64,000 nucleotides of DNA from assembly GCA_963840215.1 (NCBI GenBank), contig CAWIYG010000002.1, positions 533,087 to 597,086 of the forward strand. Reading direction: 5' to 3'. Made by a program: the position numbers and the translations under genes. Positions 45,254 through 58,895 of the stretch are shown here, in pieces; position 1 is the first letter of the stretch, and each line of letters begins with the position of its first letter. The stretch comes from an uncultured Gemmatimonadales bacterium (GTDB taxonomy: Bacteria; Gemmatimonadota; Gemmatimonadetes; Gemmatimonadales; GWC2-71-9). The notes below the pieces were generated by a model. The model made no database searches. It saw only the letters and a list, made by a program, of their open reading frames with translations, and had not been told where the DNA came from.

Positions 45254-46599
45254 CCGCCGCCCGGCTGCGGTTTCCCCACCCGCTCATCCTGCTCGTCTTC
45301 TGCGTCCTGCTCGCGGCCATCCTCACCTGGGTGCTGCCGCCGGGCGAATACGACCGGCGCGAGGACGCGGTCGCGCAGCGCGAGGTGGTGGTGGCTGGGA
45401 CCTACCACGCGGTGCCGGCGAGCCCGGTGGGTCCGTTCGAGGCCCTGGTGGCCATCCCCAAGGGCATGGTCGACGCGGCGTCGATCATCTTCTACGTGTT
45501 CCTCGTCGGCGGGGCGTTCGCGGTGGTGGAGCGGACCGGCGCGCTGGCCCAGCTGGTCAACTGGCTGGCGCAGCGGCTGGCCGGCCGGGGGCTCTGGGTC
45601 ATCCCGATCGTGGGGTTCGCCTTCGCGTGGGGCGGCATCCTGATCCAGATGCAGGAGGAGCTCATCGCGTTCGTGCCGGTGCTGCTGTTGCTGGTGCGGC
45701 GGCTGGGCTTCAACGCCCTGGTCGCCGTGGCGATCAGTCTCGGGGCGTCGGCCGTCGGCGCCTCGTTCAGTCCGATCAACCCGTTCCAGGTCGGCATCGC
45801 CCAGAAGGTGGCGGATTTGCCGCTGCTGAGCGGGTGGGAATTGCGCTCGATGGCGCTGGCCGTCGCGTGGATCATCTGGATCGGGGGGACCATGCGCTAC
45901 GCGCGGACCTCTCGCGTCCCGCCGGAGGCCGCCGAGGCGGGCGGGATCGCGGTGGCCGGGGGCCGGCAGGCGGCGATCCTGGGCATCGTCCTGCTGGCGT
46001 TCGTGGTCTTCGTCGTGGGGGTCACGAAATACGGCTGGGACTTCGACCAGCTGGGCGCGGTGTTTTTCCTGATGGGCGTCGCGGCGGGGCTGATCGGAAG
46101 GCTGGGGGTCGGCGGCACCGCGGATGGCTACGTCGAGGGGTTCCGCTCGATGGCCTTCGCGGCGCTTCTCATCGGATTCGCGCGCGCCATCTACGTTGTC
46201 CTCGATCAAGGGCACGTGGTGGACACGATTGTCCACGGACTGTTCGCTCCCGTGGCGGCGCTGCCGACGACTCTCGCGGCCCTGGGCATGATGGGAGTGC
46301 AGGCGCTGGTGCACCTCCCGGTGCCCAGCACCAGCGGCCAGGCGGTCCTGACGATGCCGCTGCTCGTCCCCCTGTCCGACCTCATCGGCCTCTCGCGCCA
46401 GGTAACGGTGCTGGCCTACCAGTACGGCGCGGGCCTCTGCGAGCTGTTGACCCCCACCAACGGCGCGCTGATGGCGATGCTCGCGGCGAGCGGCGTGCGC
46501 TACGAGGACTGGCTCCGGTTCGTCGTGCCGGTGGTCGGCGCGCTGGTGGCGCTCGCGGCCGTCACCATCGCCGTGGCGGTGGCCGTAGGGTGGCGCTGA
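45250..46599 (+). CDS. YfcC/DcuC-like (C4-dicarboxylate anaerobic carrier family) membrane transporter
   Basis: From GTG 45250 in ORF 45043..46599: ...FPHPLILLVFCVLLAAILTWVLPPGEYDR...IIFYVFLVGGAFAVVERTGA...LTPTNGALMAMLA... Confidence 0.7.
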   Translation: MTAARLRFPHPLILLVFCVLLAAILTWVLPPGEYDRREDAVAQREVVVAGTYHAVPASPVGPFEALVAIPKGMVDAASIIFYVFLVGGAFAVVERTGALAQLVNWLAQRLAGRGLWVIPIVGFAFAWGGILIQMQEELIAFVPVLLLLVRRLGFNALVAVAISLGASAVGASFSPINPFQVGIAQKVADLPLLSGWELRSMALAVAWIIWIGGTMRYARTSRVPPEAAEAGGIAVAGGRQAAILGIVLLAFVVFVVGVTKYGWDFDQLGAVFFLMGVAAGLIGRLGVGGTADGYVEGFRSMAFAALLIGFARAIYVVLDQGHVVDTIVHGLFAPVAALPTTLAALGMMGVQALVHLPVPSTSGQAVLTMPLLVPLSDLIGLSRQVTVLAYQYGAGLCELLTPTNGALMAMLAASGVRYEDWLRFVVPVVGALVALAAVTIAVAVAVGWR

Positions 46600-46603
46600 G
46601 GAC

Positions 46604-47083
46604 TCAGGCGGTGCCGGTGAGGGTCTCGAGCGCCTTGAGGTCGGCCACGCCGACATGCCTGGCCCGCTCCCGGCCGCTGTCGAACGCGATCAGGGTCGGG
46701 ATGCCGCGGATGCCGTAGCGGCCGGCGATGGTGGGATCGGCGTCGGTGTCGAGCTTGAGGACCAGCACCCGTCCGGCTCGCTGCTTGGCAAACTCGTCGA
46801 GCGTGGGCGCCATCTGGTGGCAGGGGCCACACCAGTCGGCGTAGAAGTCCACCAGCACCGGCACCGTCGTCCCGGTCAGCATCTTGTCGTAGCTGGCCGC
46901 GGTGGCCTTGACCGGGCGGTCGAGCAGGATGGGCCGCTGGCAGCTCGCGCACTTCGGCCGCTGGGACAATTTCGTCAGGTCGATGCGGTTGAGCGTGGAA
47001 CAGAAGGCGCAGGCCACGACGCCGGTGGGCGGCTGCCCGGGCCCGTCCGCCGTGCCGGCCTTGCTCGAGGATGCCTGGTCCAT
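46604..47083 (-). CDS. trxC: thioredoxin 2 type (N-terminal zinc-finger plus WCGPC)
   Basis: CAFCSTLN...KCASCQ (two CxxC pairs) followed by VLVDFYADWCGPCHQMAP. Confidence 0.85.
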   Translation of the reverse strand: MDQASSSKAGTADGPGQPPTGVVACAFCSTLNRIDLTKLSQRPKCASCQRPILLDRPVKATAASYDKMLTGTTVPVLVDFYADWCGPCHQMAPTLDEFAKQRAGRVLVLKLDTDADPTIAGRYGIRGIPTLIAFDSGRERARHVGVADLKALETLTGTA

Positions 47084-47212
47084 CCTGCCTCCTTCGCCTT
47101 GACGCTAGACCCCCGGGGACCGGGCATCCGTGACAGTCTTCACAGAGGAACACCCGGGCTGGCATTAGTGTTGCAATGTAAGAACGTATCACCCCCGGAA
47201 GGCAGGCGGTCC

Positions 47213-47647
47213 ATGAGCGAGTTGACGATTCGAGAGATGGGACAGGACGAGGATTTCTCGGCCTGGTTCTCGGAGCTCCTCGAGCAGGAGGACGCGACGA
47301 CCGGCTCCGTGGGGGCGCTCGACGAGCATTACCTCATTCTCAGCAACGAGATCGGCGACTGGATCGGGGGCCTGCGGTACTGGCTCCGGGGCGGGGTGGC
47401 CCACCTGGTGGACGTGGTGGTCCTGCCGCAGGAGCGGCATCGGGGCCACGCCCACCGGCTGATGGCCGCCTTCGAGGAGCGGGCCGCCGAGGCCGGCGGT
47501 CACGTGGCCGAGTTCTGGACCGACGATCAGCGCTCGGAGGGCCTGCTGGCCGCCCTGGGCTGGCGACGTATCTTCCATCGCGAGGACTACATCGGCCACC
47601 GTCCCTGGTCTCTGATGGAGAAGCAGCTGGGCGGCGACGCCCACTAG
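47213..47647 (+). CDS. GNAT family N-acetyltransferase
   Basis: From ATG 47213: ...GGVAHLVDVVVLPQERHRGHAHRLMAAFEERAAEAGG... Confidence 0.65.
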   Translation: MSELTIREMGQDEDFSAWFSELLEQEDATTGSVGALDEHYLILSNEIGDWIGGLRYWLRGGVAHLVDVVVLPQERHRGHAHRLMAAFEERAAEAGGHVAEFWTDDQRSEGLLAALGWRRIFHREDYIGHRPWSLMEKQLGGDAH

Positions 47648-47683
47648 CTCCCGGCCCCCGGGTACCGGCTCGATGGCGTAGGT

Positions 47684-47717
47684 AGGACCAGCCACTGTAT
47701 GTTTCGTGGCTGGTCCT
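47684..47717 (+). terminator. intrinsic terminator after the GNAT gene
   Basis: AGGACCAGCCAC-tgtatgtttc-GTGGCTGGTCCT (12-bp perfect stem) followed by TCTGTTGTT. Confidence 0.65.
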
Positions 47718-47758
47718 TCTGTTGTTCAGGGTGGTCTCACCGTTGTAAAAGGGAACAC

Positions 47759-48736
47759 ATGGGCATCGCCACCGATCCGGCGCGCGAACTGGCCTTGAAA
47801 ATCGAAGTGCTCAGGGACCTCGAGGAGCCGGTCCGGGAACTGATGGAGTCCCACGAGCGCAAGCGGGATCTCTGGTTCCCCTCGGATATCCTGGGGCCGG
47901 CGCCCGAGACCTGCCCGGACGAGTTCACGCGCAATCTGCGCGAGCAGGCTGACGGCATCCCGGATCCGATCCGGGCGGCGCTCGCGCTCAACATGCTGAC
48001 GGAGGAAGGGCTGCCCCACTTCCACCGGTTGCTCGCCGTCTATCTGGGCGACGAGAGTCACTGGCGCGCGTGGAACAACCTGTGGACCGCGGAAGAGGAC
48101 CGGCACGGCCAGGTGCTTCACGACTACGCCCGCGACACCCGCCTGTTCGACCAGCGCAAGATCGAGGAGATGCAGTTCGAGTACCTTCGGGCCGGCTTTC
48201 ACCCGGAGTGGGATCGGGATCCGTACCGGGTCTTCGCCTACACTACCGTGCAGGAGCGGGCCACCCAGTTCTCGCACGGCGAGACCGGCCGGATCGTGGG
48301 CGAGTACGAGCCCCGCCTGGCCGAGGTGCTGAGCCACGTCGCCAAGGACGAGGCCCGGCACTACGCGTTCTACCGGAGCGTCTTCGATCTCATCCTGGAG
48401 CGCGATCCCAATGCGGCGCTCCACTCCGCGGCCTTCATCCTGCCGGCCATCGACATGCCCGGCGTGACGATGCCCGGGTTCAAGGAGCTGGCCGAGGTGA
48501 TCCGGCGGGCCGGCATCTACGGGCCGCGGGACTACCTGCGCATCGTGCAGGAACAGATCCGCTACTGGAAGATCGAGAGCATCCAGGGGCTCAACGAGAT
48601 CGGCCGCATGGCCCAGGAGAAGATCATGGGCATCCCGGGCCGGCTGAAGCGGATCGCCGAGATCATGGAGACCCGGAGCCGGGCCAAGACCTTCAGCTTC
48701 GAAGTCGTGTTCAACCGCGAATTCGCGATGGATTGA
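47759..48736 (+). CDS. soluble di-iron acyl-ACP desaturase family protein
   Basis: From ATG 47759 (MGIATDP...). Di-iron motifs LTEEGLPHFH, WTAEEDRHG, TQFSHG..., AKDEARHYAFY. Confidence 0.85.
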   Translation: MGIATDPARELALKIEVLRDLEEPVRELMESHERKRDLWFPSDILGPAPETCPDEFTRNLREQADGIPDPIRAALALNMLTEEGLPHFHRLLAVYLGDESHWRAWNNLWTAEEDRHGQVLHDYARDTRLFDQRKIEEMQFEYLRAGFHPEWDRDPYRVFAYTTVQERATQFSHGETGRIVGEYEPRLAEVLSHVAKDEARHYAFYRSVFDLILERDPNAALHSAAFILPAIDMPGVTMPGFKELAEVIRRAGIYGPRDYLRIVQEQIRYWKIESIQGLNEIGRMAQEKIMGIPGRLKRIAEIMETRSRAKTFSFEVVFNREFAMD

Positions 48737-49188
48737 TGGGGCAGGCCGCCGCCGGAGCCGTGCTCGCGCTGGTCCTGCTGGCGGCGTGCGGCGCCAAGGA
48801 GGCGGCCCGTCCCACGCAGGGAGAGTCCCGCCCCGCCCTGCCCCGCGACCGCCAGGAGGCCGAGCTGCTCGGCCGCGAGGTCTTCGACCTGGTGGACCGC
48901 GCCATCGACTACCGCGGCTCGCACCGCGGACGGCCCGCGTCCACGTTCCGCCAGATGGGCATCGACAGCCTGACCGCCACCACCGTCCGCCGCCTGGTCA
49001 ACCTCGAGCGCGAGCCGGTCGTGACCGTGGCCTTCCGGCGCGCGGAGGCCCGCGAGATCACCTCCTGCCGCGGCGACAGCCAGATCCTCGAGGAAGCGAC
49101 CCTCAACGCCGGCAGCTTCACCCTCATGTGCACCACCAGCTCGGGCGCCCAGCGCCCCATGCGCATCGGCGATTCGCCCGCCCGCTGA
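48736..49188 (+). CDS. lipoprotein of unknown function
   Basis: ATG 48736 overlaps the desaturase TGA by 1 nt. MGQAAAGAVLALVLLAACGAKE (lipobox LAAC). Confidence 0.6.
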   Translation: MGQAAAGAVLALVLLAACGAKEAARPTQGESRPALPRDRQEAELLGREVFDLVDRAIDYRGSHRGRPASTFRQMGIDSLTATTVRRLVNLEREPVVTVAFRRAEAREITSCRGDSQILEEATLNAGSFTLMCTTSSGAQRPMRIGDSPAR

Positions 49189-49199
49189 GCCCCGACCTC

Positions 49200-49775
49200 A
49201 TGGTCTTTCCCACCATCGATCTGGTCGCCCGCACCCTGGTCGTCGTCGCCCTGGTCTATGCCACCGCCGTGGGCCTCACGCACTGGGCCGTCCGCAGCCG
49301 GCGCATCACGCCGTTCGGGGCGTGGCCGCGCTTCGTCCGCCGCGCGAGCGATCCGGTGCTGCTGCCGCTCGAGCGCCGGATCGTGCGCTCCGGCGGCAGC
49401 CCGCAGGACGCGCCGCTCTGGCTGGTGGGGCTGGTCATCGCCGGCGGCCTATTGCTGCTGACGCTGGTGCACTGGCTGGCGGGATTCGTCGGCACACTCG
49501 GGTATCTCTCGTCCGCCGGGCCCCGGGCCTGGATCCGCTTTGCCGTGAGCACCCTGTTCAGCGTGCTCATGATCGCGCTCTTCGTGCGCGTCATCGCCTC
49601 GTGGTTCGGGGTCTCGCCGTACCGGCCCTGGATGCGCCTCGCGTTGGCGCTGACCAACTGGATCATCGAGCCCATCCGGCGCATCCTGCCCCCGGTCGGC
49701 ATGATCGACTTCAGCCCCCTGGTGGCCTGGCTGCTGCTGAGCCTCCTGCGCGGGTTCGTGCTCTCGTCGCTCTGA
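49200..49775 (+). CDS. yggT: YggT family membrane protein
   Basis: MVFPTIDLVARTLVVVALVYATAVGL...WIIEPIRRILPPVGMIDFSPLVAWLLL... Confidence 0.75.
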   Translation: MVFPTIDLVARTLVVVALVYATAVGLTHWAVRSRRITPFGAWPRFVRRASDPVLLPLERRIVRSGGSPQDAPLWLVGLVIAGGLLLLTLVHWLAGFVGTLGYLSSAGPRAWIRFAVSTLFSVLMIALFVRVIASWFGVSPYRPWMRLALALTNWIIEPIRRILPPVGMIDFSPLVAWLLLSLLRGFVLSSL

Positions 49776-49910
49776 TCGACCCGACTGCGGGCGGGCCGGC
49801 GCCTGCTCAGCTGAGGCATGGCCAGGTCGGGGGCTCCGGTTTAGGTTTCGGGAGTTGGACAACCGATTCGTGGCGATTTGCGCTGCTTGCGGCCACGTTA
49901 AACAATCGCT

Positions 49911-49952
49911 AAAACGCGTCCCCTGAGGCGTTTTGGCCTTCAGGGGCTTTTT
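49911..49952 (+). promoter_or_regulatory. two mutually exclusive hairpins; the second is an intrinsic terminator just upstream of the metH RBS
   Basis: Hairpin A: AAAACGC(49911-17)/GCGTTTT(49928-34). Hairpin B: CCCCTGAGG(49920-28)/CCTTCAGGGG(49937-46) followed by CTTTTT. GGGAGAG and GTG 49969 follow. Confidence 0.5.
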
Positions 49953-49968
49953 CATCCCGGGAGAGCCC

Positions 49969-53727
<3,759 letters not shown>

Positions 53728-53728
53728 C

Positions 53729-55588
53729 GTGCCCACTCTCCGCGACCTGCTCGCCGACGGCCGCGTCCACGTGGTCGACGGCGCCATGGGCACCGTGCTC
53801 TACGGCCGCGGCGTGTTCGTCAACGTCTGCTACGACGAGCTGAACCTCCGGCAGCCCGACCTCGTGCGGCGACATCCACCGCGAGTACGTGCGAGCCGGC
53901 GCCGAGGTGCTCGAGACCAACACCTTCGGCGCCAACCCGCTCAAGCTGGCCACGTACGGCCTCGCGGGCGAGACCGAGCGGATCAACGCCGCGGCGGCCG
54001 CGGCTGGCGCGCGAGGCGGCCGGCGACGCGCGCGGCCGTGCTCGGCGCGCATCGGCCCGCTCGGCGTCCGGCTCGAGCCGTTCGGCGAGCTCTCGCTGGC
54101 CGAGGCCTGCGCGATGTATCCAGCGCCAGGTCCAGCGGGCTGCTCGACGGCGGGGTCGACGGCTTCATCCTCGAGACGTTCAGCGACGTGGCCGAGCTGG
54201 GGGCCGGCGCTGCAGGCCGTCCGGGGGCAGCTGCGACCTGCCCGATCATCGCCCAGATGACCGTGGGCACCGACGGCAAGACCCACTACGGCACCGACCC
54301 CGCGGTCTTCGGGCCGGAGCTCGGCGGCGATGGGCGCGGACGTCATCGGCGTCAACTGCTCGGTGGGTCCGCACGGCGTGCTCGAGGCGGTCGAGAAGCT
54401 GGCGCGGGTCGGTGAGCGATCCCGATCTCGGCGCAGCCGAACGCCGGGCTGCCGCGCGAGGTGGGCGACCGCAAGATGTACATGGCGTCGCCCGAGTACA
54501 TGGCGAGCTACGCGCGGCGCATGGTGGAGGCGGGCGCGCGGTTCGTGGGCGGGTGCTGCGGCACGACGCCCGATCACATCCGCGCGATCGTGGGCTTCGT
54601 CCAGAGCGTGTCGCCTCGGCACGCCTCGACACGGGCACGCTGCCACGCGCGCCGCGCCGGCGGTGGCCATCGATCCGGTGCCGCTGGCGGAGCGCTCGCG
54701 GCTCGGCGCCAAGCTGGCCGAGGGACGGTTCATCACGACGGTCGAGATCGTCCCGCCCAAGGGCGTCGATCCGGGGCCGATGTTCGAGCAGGTGCGGCAG
54801 CTCAAGGCGGCCGGCGTCGACGCGGTCAACGTGCCCGACGGACCCCGCGCGCAGAGCCGCATGGGCGCGCTGCTCTCGGCGCTCATGATCGAGCGCGAGG
54901 TGGGGCTCGAGGCCGTGGTGCACTACGCCTGCCGCGACCGCAACCTGCTCGGCATGCTGTCCGACCTGCTCGGCGCGGCGGCGGCGGGCATCCGCAACCT
55001 GCTGATCATCACCGGCGACCCGCCGAAGATGGGGCCCTACCCCGAGGCCACCGCGGTCTTCGACATCGACAGCATCGGGCTCACCAATCTGGTCAGCCGG
55101 CTCAACCGCGGCCTCGATCCCGGCGGCAACCCGATCGGCCAGCCGACGCGGTTCGTCATCGGCGTCGGCGTGAACCCCGCCGCCCCCGATCTCGAGCGGG
55201 AGCTCAAGCGCTTCGCCTGGAAGGTCGAGGCCGGCGCCGAGTACGCCATCACCCAGCCGGTCTTCGACCTGGAGCAGCTCGAGCGGTTTCTCCGCCGGGT
55301 CGGAGGGATTCCGCATTCCGATCGTCGCCGGCATCTGGCCGCTGGTCTCGCTGCGGAACGCCGAGTTCCTGGCCAACGAGGTGCCCGGCGTGTACGGTGC
55401 CGGATGCCATCGCTCGAGCGGATGCGGCAGCGCGAGCGCCGGCGGCAAGGAGGAGGCATTGGCCGAGGGCGTGCGCATCTCGCGCGAGATGCTCGCCGCC
55501 GTGGCCGACGCGTGCAGGGCGTGCAGGTCTCCGCGCCGCTCGGTCGGGTGCCGGTGGCGCTCGAAGTGCTCGAGGCCGCGCCGATTGA
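53729..55588 (+). CDS. bifunctional homocysteine S-methyltransferase / 5,10-methylenetetrahydrofolate reductase (YitJ-like); many frameshifts, 3' end uncertain
   Basis: [58 protein letters not shown], then the MetF part FITTVEIVPPKG...VNVPDGPRAQSRM...HYACRDRN...LLIITGDPP...YAITQPVFD. The stop could be at 55588 or up to about 55650. Confidence 0.75.
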
Positions 55589-55660
55589 ACCGGTCGCGAG
55601 TCCGGGATATACTCCCCCACCTGACGTACGCTGCCGTCCATCTCCGGAGCCGAGCCCGCC

Positions 55661-56831
55661 ATGCAGGACCTCCGCAGCCGCCGCGCCTGCCCTGACCACC
55701 CTGTCCGAAGAAGAGAGCATGTTCCGGGACGCGGTCCGCGAATTCGCGGAGACCGAGGTGCGGCCTCACGTTCACGGCGATGGACGAGGCGGCGCAGTTC
55801 CGCGCCGGACCTGATCCCGAAGTTCTTCGAGCTGGGACTCATGGGCATCGAGGTCCCGGAGCAGTACGGCGGCGCCGGCGGCAGCATCTTCATGGCGGTG
55901 CTGGCCATCGAGGAGCTGGCGCGGGTCGACGCGTCCGCGGCGATCTACGTGGACGTCCACAACACCCTGGTCGAACAACGCCCTCCTCCGGTGGGGCAGC
56001 GACGAGCAGCAGCGCCCGCTACTTCCCCCGCCTCACCACCGGACCTGCTGGGCGCGTTCGCGCTCTCCGAGCCGGGCAGCGGAAGCGACGCGTTCGCCCT
56101 CGCCACGCGCGCGGAGCGGACGGGCGACGACTGGGAGCTCACCGGCCGGAAGTTCTGGATCACCAACGGCGCCGAGGCCGGAGTCTTCATCGTCTTCGCC
56201 AACGTCGACCCCTCGAAGGGATACAAGGGAATCACGGCGTTCATCGTCGAGCGCGAGCTTCCCCGGCTTCTCCGTCGGCAAGAAGGAGAACAAGCTGGGC
56301 ATCCGGGCGTCGAGCACCACCGAGCTCATCCTGGAGCAGTGCGTGGTGCCGGAGGCGAACGTGCTCGGGCCGGTCGGCCAGGGCTACAAGATCGCCATCG
56401 AGACGCTCAACGAGGGCCGGATCGGCATCGGCGCGCAGATGATCGGCGTCGCCACGGGCGCGCTCGAGGCGGCCACGGCCTACGTGAAGGAGCGCCAGCA
56501 GTTCGGCAAGGCGATCGCGGAGTTCCAGGGCGTCCAGTTCCAGCTGGCCCAGATGGCCACCGACCTGGAGGCCGCGCGCCTCATGGTGTACAACGCCGCG
56601 CGTCTGAAGGACGCGGGCCAGCCCTTCGCCCAGCAGGCGGCGATGGCCAAGCTCTTCAGCTCGCAGGTCGCCGAGCGGATCACCTCGAGCTGTCTCGAGC
56701 TGTTCGGGGGATACGGGTACTCGAAGGAGTACCCGGCGGAGAAGTTCTACCGCGACGCGAAGATCGGGACGATCTACGAGGGGACCAGCAACATGCAGCT
56801 GCAGACGATCGCCAAGGGGTTGCTCAAGTAG
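55661..56831 (+). CDS. acyl-CoA dehydrogenase (short/branched-chain type); several frameshifts in the first two thirds
   Basis: [65 protein letters not shown], and the intact tail in ORF 56343..56831 (...[20 protein letters not shown]...[18 protein letters not shown]). Confidence 0.8.
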
Positions 56832-56875
56832 GGCCAGGGTCGGCGTACCCCCGATGGGTCACCCCGGGCGCAGCC

Positions 56876-56905
56876 AAGGGGGCATGATTCCGGTCATGCC
56901 CCCTT
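56876..56905 (+). terminator. stem-loop after the acyl-CoA dehydrogenase gene
   Basis: AAGGGGGCATGA-ttccgg-TCATGCCCCCTT, a 12-bp perfect stem. No U-tract. Confidence 0.45.
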
Positions 56906-57120
56906 CGCCGTGGCGGGAGGTCGGAAGGGGCGGTCGCGCTGCGGCCTGGCCGCCACGCTGGCGTCGGCCGGCCGTGCCGGAACCCGCAAAGTGGGCATCA
57001 CCACGGTCCAATCCCGGGCCCGGGATTTGCGCTTACATTTCCAGCCGGTCAGAATTGCCAGCCTGGAATCCTAGGCGGCACATCAAACGTAAAGCGATGA
57101 TGAGCAGAGGTTTATGCTCT

Positions 57121-57150
57121 TGACACACGCCGCGGCGCCCCGTCATACTA
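57121..57150 (+). promoter_or_regulatory. candidate sigma-70-type promoter for the PBP4 gene
   Basis: TTGACA (57121-26), 18-nt spacer, CATACT (57145-50). About 30 nt upstream of the start at 57178. Confidence 0.35.
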
Positions 57151-57177
57151 CTGGCCGCTCGCTCCCGACGCTCCTCT

Positions 57178-58827
57178 TTGTCTGGTAACGCCGTGCCCCT
57201 TTTGTCTTTACACCGCCGTCTCGTACCCCTGCTGTTGGCGACCTGCCTCTCGCTGTCGGCGGCCCCACTCCTGGCGCAGACCGAAGCCCAGTGGCTCACC
57301 GAGCGGCTGGACTCGTGGTACCAGCGCTCCCTCCGGTCGGCTCCGGGCGAATGGGGCATCGCCGTGGCCGACCAGTCGGGAACGCTGCTCTGGAGCGTCA
57401 GTCCCGACCTGCCGCTCATGCCGGCGTCTACCGTCAAGCTGTTCACCACCGGCTACGCCCGCAGCGTCCTGGGCGGTACCGCGCGCCGGGCTACCCGGGT
57501 GGTCGGCGTCGGGTCGCTCGCGCCCGCGAGCGGCGAATGGGTGGGGAGCTGGGCGATCGAAATGAACGGCGACCCCTCGCTCGAGCGCGCCGAGGGCTCG
57601 GGTCCGACGCTCTATGACCTCGCGATGCAGCTCGCCGGCGGCGGGGTCCGAAGGCTCACCGGTCCGCTCCAGCTCCAGAGCTCGAACGGTCCCGCCAACG
57701 CGGTCTACCCCGCCGCCTGGTCCGCGCGGCACCAGGGCCGCATCTTCGCCCCGCTCGTCGGCCCGCTCACGCTCCACGAAAACATCGTCTGGATCACGGT
57801 CCAGCCGGGCAAGCGGGTGGGCCAGCGGGTTCGGGTCATCGAGACGGCGCCGGACGGCATCGGCTCGATGGTCACCGTCACGGCCACCACCCGGTCGGGC
57901 CGGCGCTCGCGCCTGGCGCTCCGGCCGCGGGCCGGGGGCGGTTGGGTCGTCACCGGAACGATCGGGGTCCGCGCCACGCCGCGGCGGCTCACGGCCGTGA
58001 CGCGCGATCCGCGCGCGGTGCTGAGCGCGGTCTGGGGCAGCGCGCTCAGGCGCGCCGGGATCGTGTGGAATCCGTCGCCGTTCATCGGGGCGCCGCCCAC
58101 CGGCGGGCCGCAAGTCCTCGCCGAAGTATCCTCGCCGTCGCTCGACTCGCTCGCGAGCGAGATCAACCGCCGCAGCCTCAACCTCGGGGCGGAGCTGCTG
58201 CTCCAGTGGGCCGGCGGCCGTGATCGCGCCCCGGCCCTGCTCACCGACCACGTGCGCCAGGTGGTGGGCTCCAGCGACGGCGTCTATCTGGTCGACGGCA
58301 GCGGGCTCTCCTACGACGACCGGGTCACCCCCCACACCTTCGTCACCTATCTGGCGAAGTTCCCGACGACGCCCGCCGGCCGAAACTTCCCCATGCTGCT
58401 CCCGGCCAACGGCAGCGGCACGCTGCATCGGCTGAACAGCGGCTTTCCTGGCGTCGGGGTGGTACGGGCCAAGACCGGTACACTCGGCCGGGTGTCGACG
58501 GTGGTCGGCTACCTCGGCCGGCCGGAGGGCACGCTGCTGGTCGCGCTGATGTACAACGGCGGCCGGCCCTGGGCCGCCCGCCAGGCCCAGTGGAAGCTGT
58601 TCCGCGAGCTCGGCGCCAACGGCGTCGTCATCCCGACGGACACCCTGCCCGAGCCGCTGGTGCAGCTCGGCGGCGAGGTGACGGGCACACCAGCCTGGTG
58701 GACCGCGGGAGCGCCGACCGATTCATCGGAGGCCGATCTGGCGGATGACGCCGAGGCCGAGCCCGAGGCCGCGCTCGCCCCGGCACCGGTCACCGCCCGG
58801 CCCGACTCCGCGGCTTCGTCGCGCTGA
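57178..58827 (+). CDS. dacB: D-alanyl-D-alanine carboxypeptidase/endopeptidase (PBP4, peptidase S13)
   Basis: Signal peptide, SxxK in PASTVKLFTT, DGSGLS, KTGTL. Intact 549 aa (TTG start as given in the ORF track). Confidence 0.85.
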   Translation: MSGNAVPLLSLHRRLVPLLLATCLSLSAAPLLAQTEAQWLTERLDSWYQRSLRSAPGEWGIAVADQSGTLLWSVSPDLPLMPASTVKLFTTGYARSVLGGTARRATRVVGVGSLAPASGEWVGSWAIEMNGDPSLERAEGSGPTLYDLAMQLAGGGVRRLTGPLQLQSSNGPANAVYPAAWSARHQGRIFAPLVGPLTLHENIVWITVQPGKRVGQRVRVIETAPDGIGSMVTVTATTRSGRRSRLALRPRAGGGWVVTGTIGVRATPRRLTAVTRDPRAVLSAVWGSALRRAGIVWNPSPFIGAPPTGGPQVLAEVSSPSLDSLASEINRRSLNLGAELLLQWAGGRDRAPALLTDHVRQVVGSSDGVYLVDGSGLSYDDRVTPHTFVTYLAKFPTTPAGRNFPMLLPANGSGTLHRLNSGFPGVGVVRAKTGTLGRVSTVVGYLGRPEGTLLVALMYNGGRPWAARQAQWKLFRELGANGVVIPTDTLPEPLVQLGGEVTGTPAWWTAGAPTDSSEADLADDAEAEPEAALAPAPVTARPDSAASSR

Positions 58828-58839
58828 CACCGGTCGGTT

Positions 58840-58862
58840 GAGGCGGCGGCGCAGGCCGCCTC
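58840..58862. terminator. hairpin between convergent PBP4 and anti-sigma genes
   Basis: GAGGCGGC-ggcgcag-GCCGCCTC. Confidence 0.4.
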
Positions 58863-58895
58863 GAGTGGATGCAGGGTTGCCAGGCCCCCTCGCCG

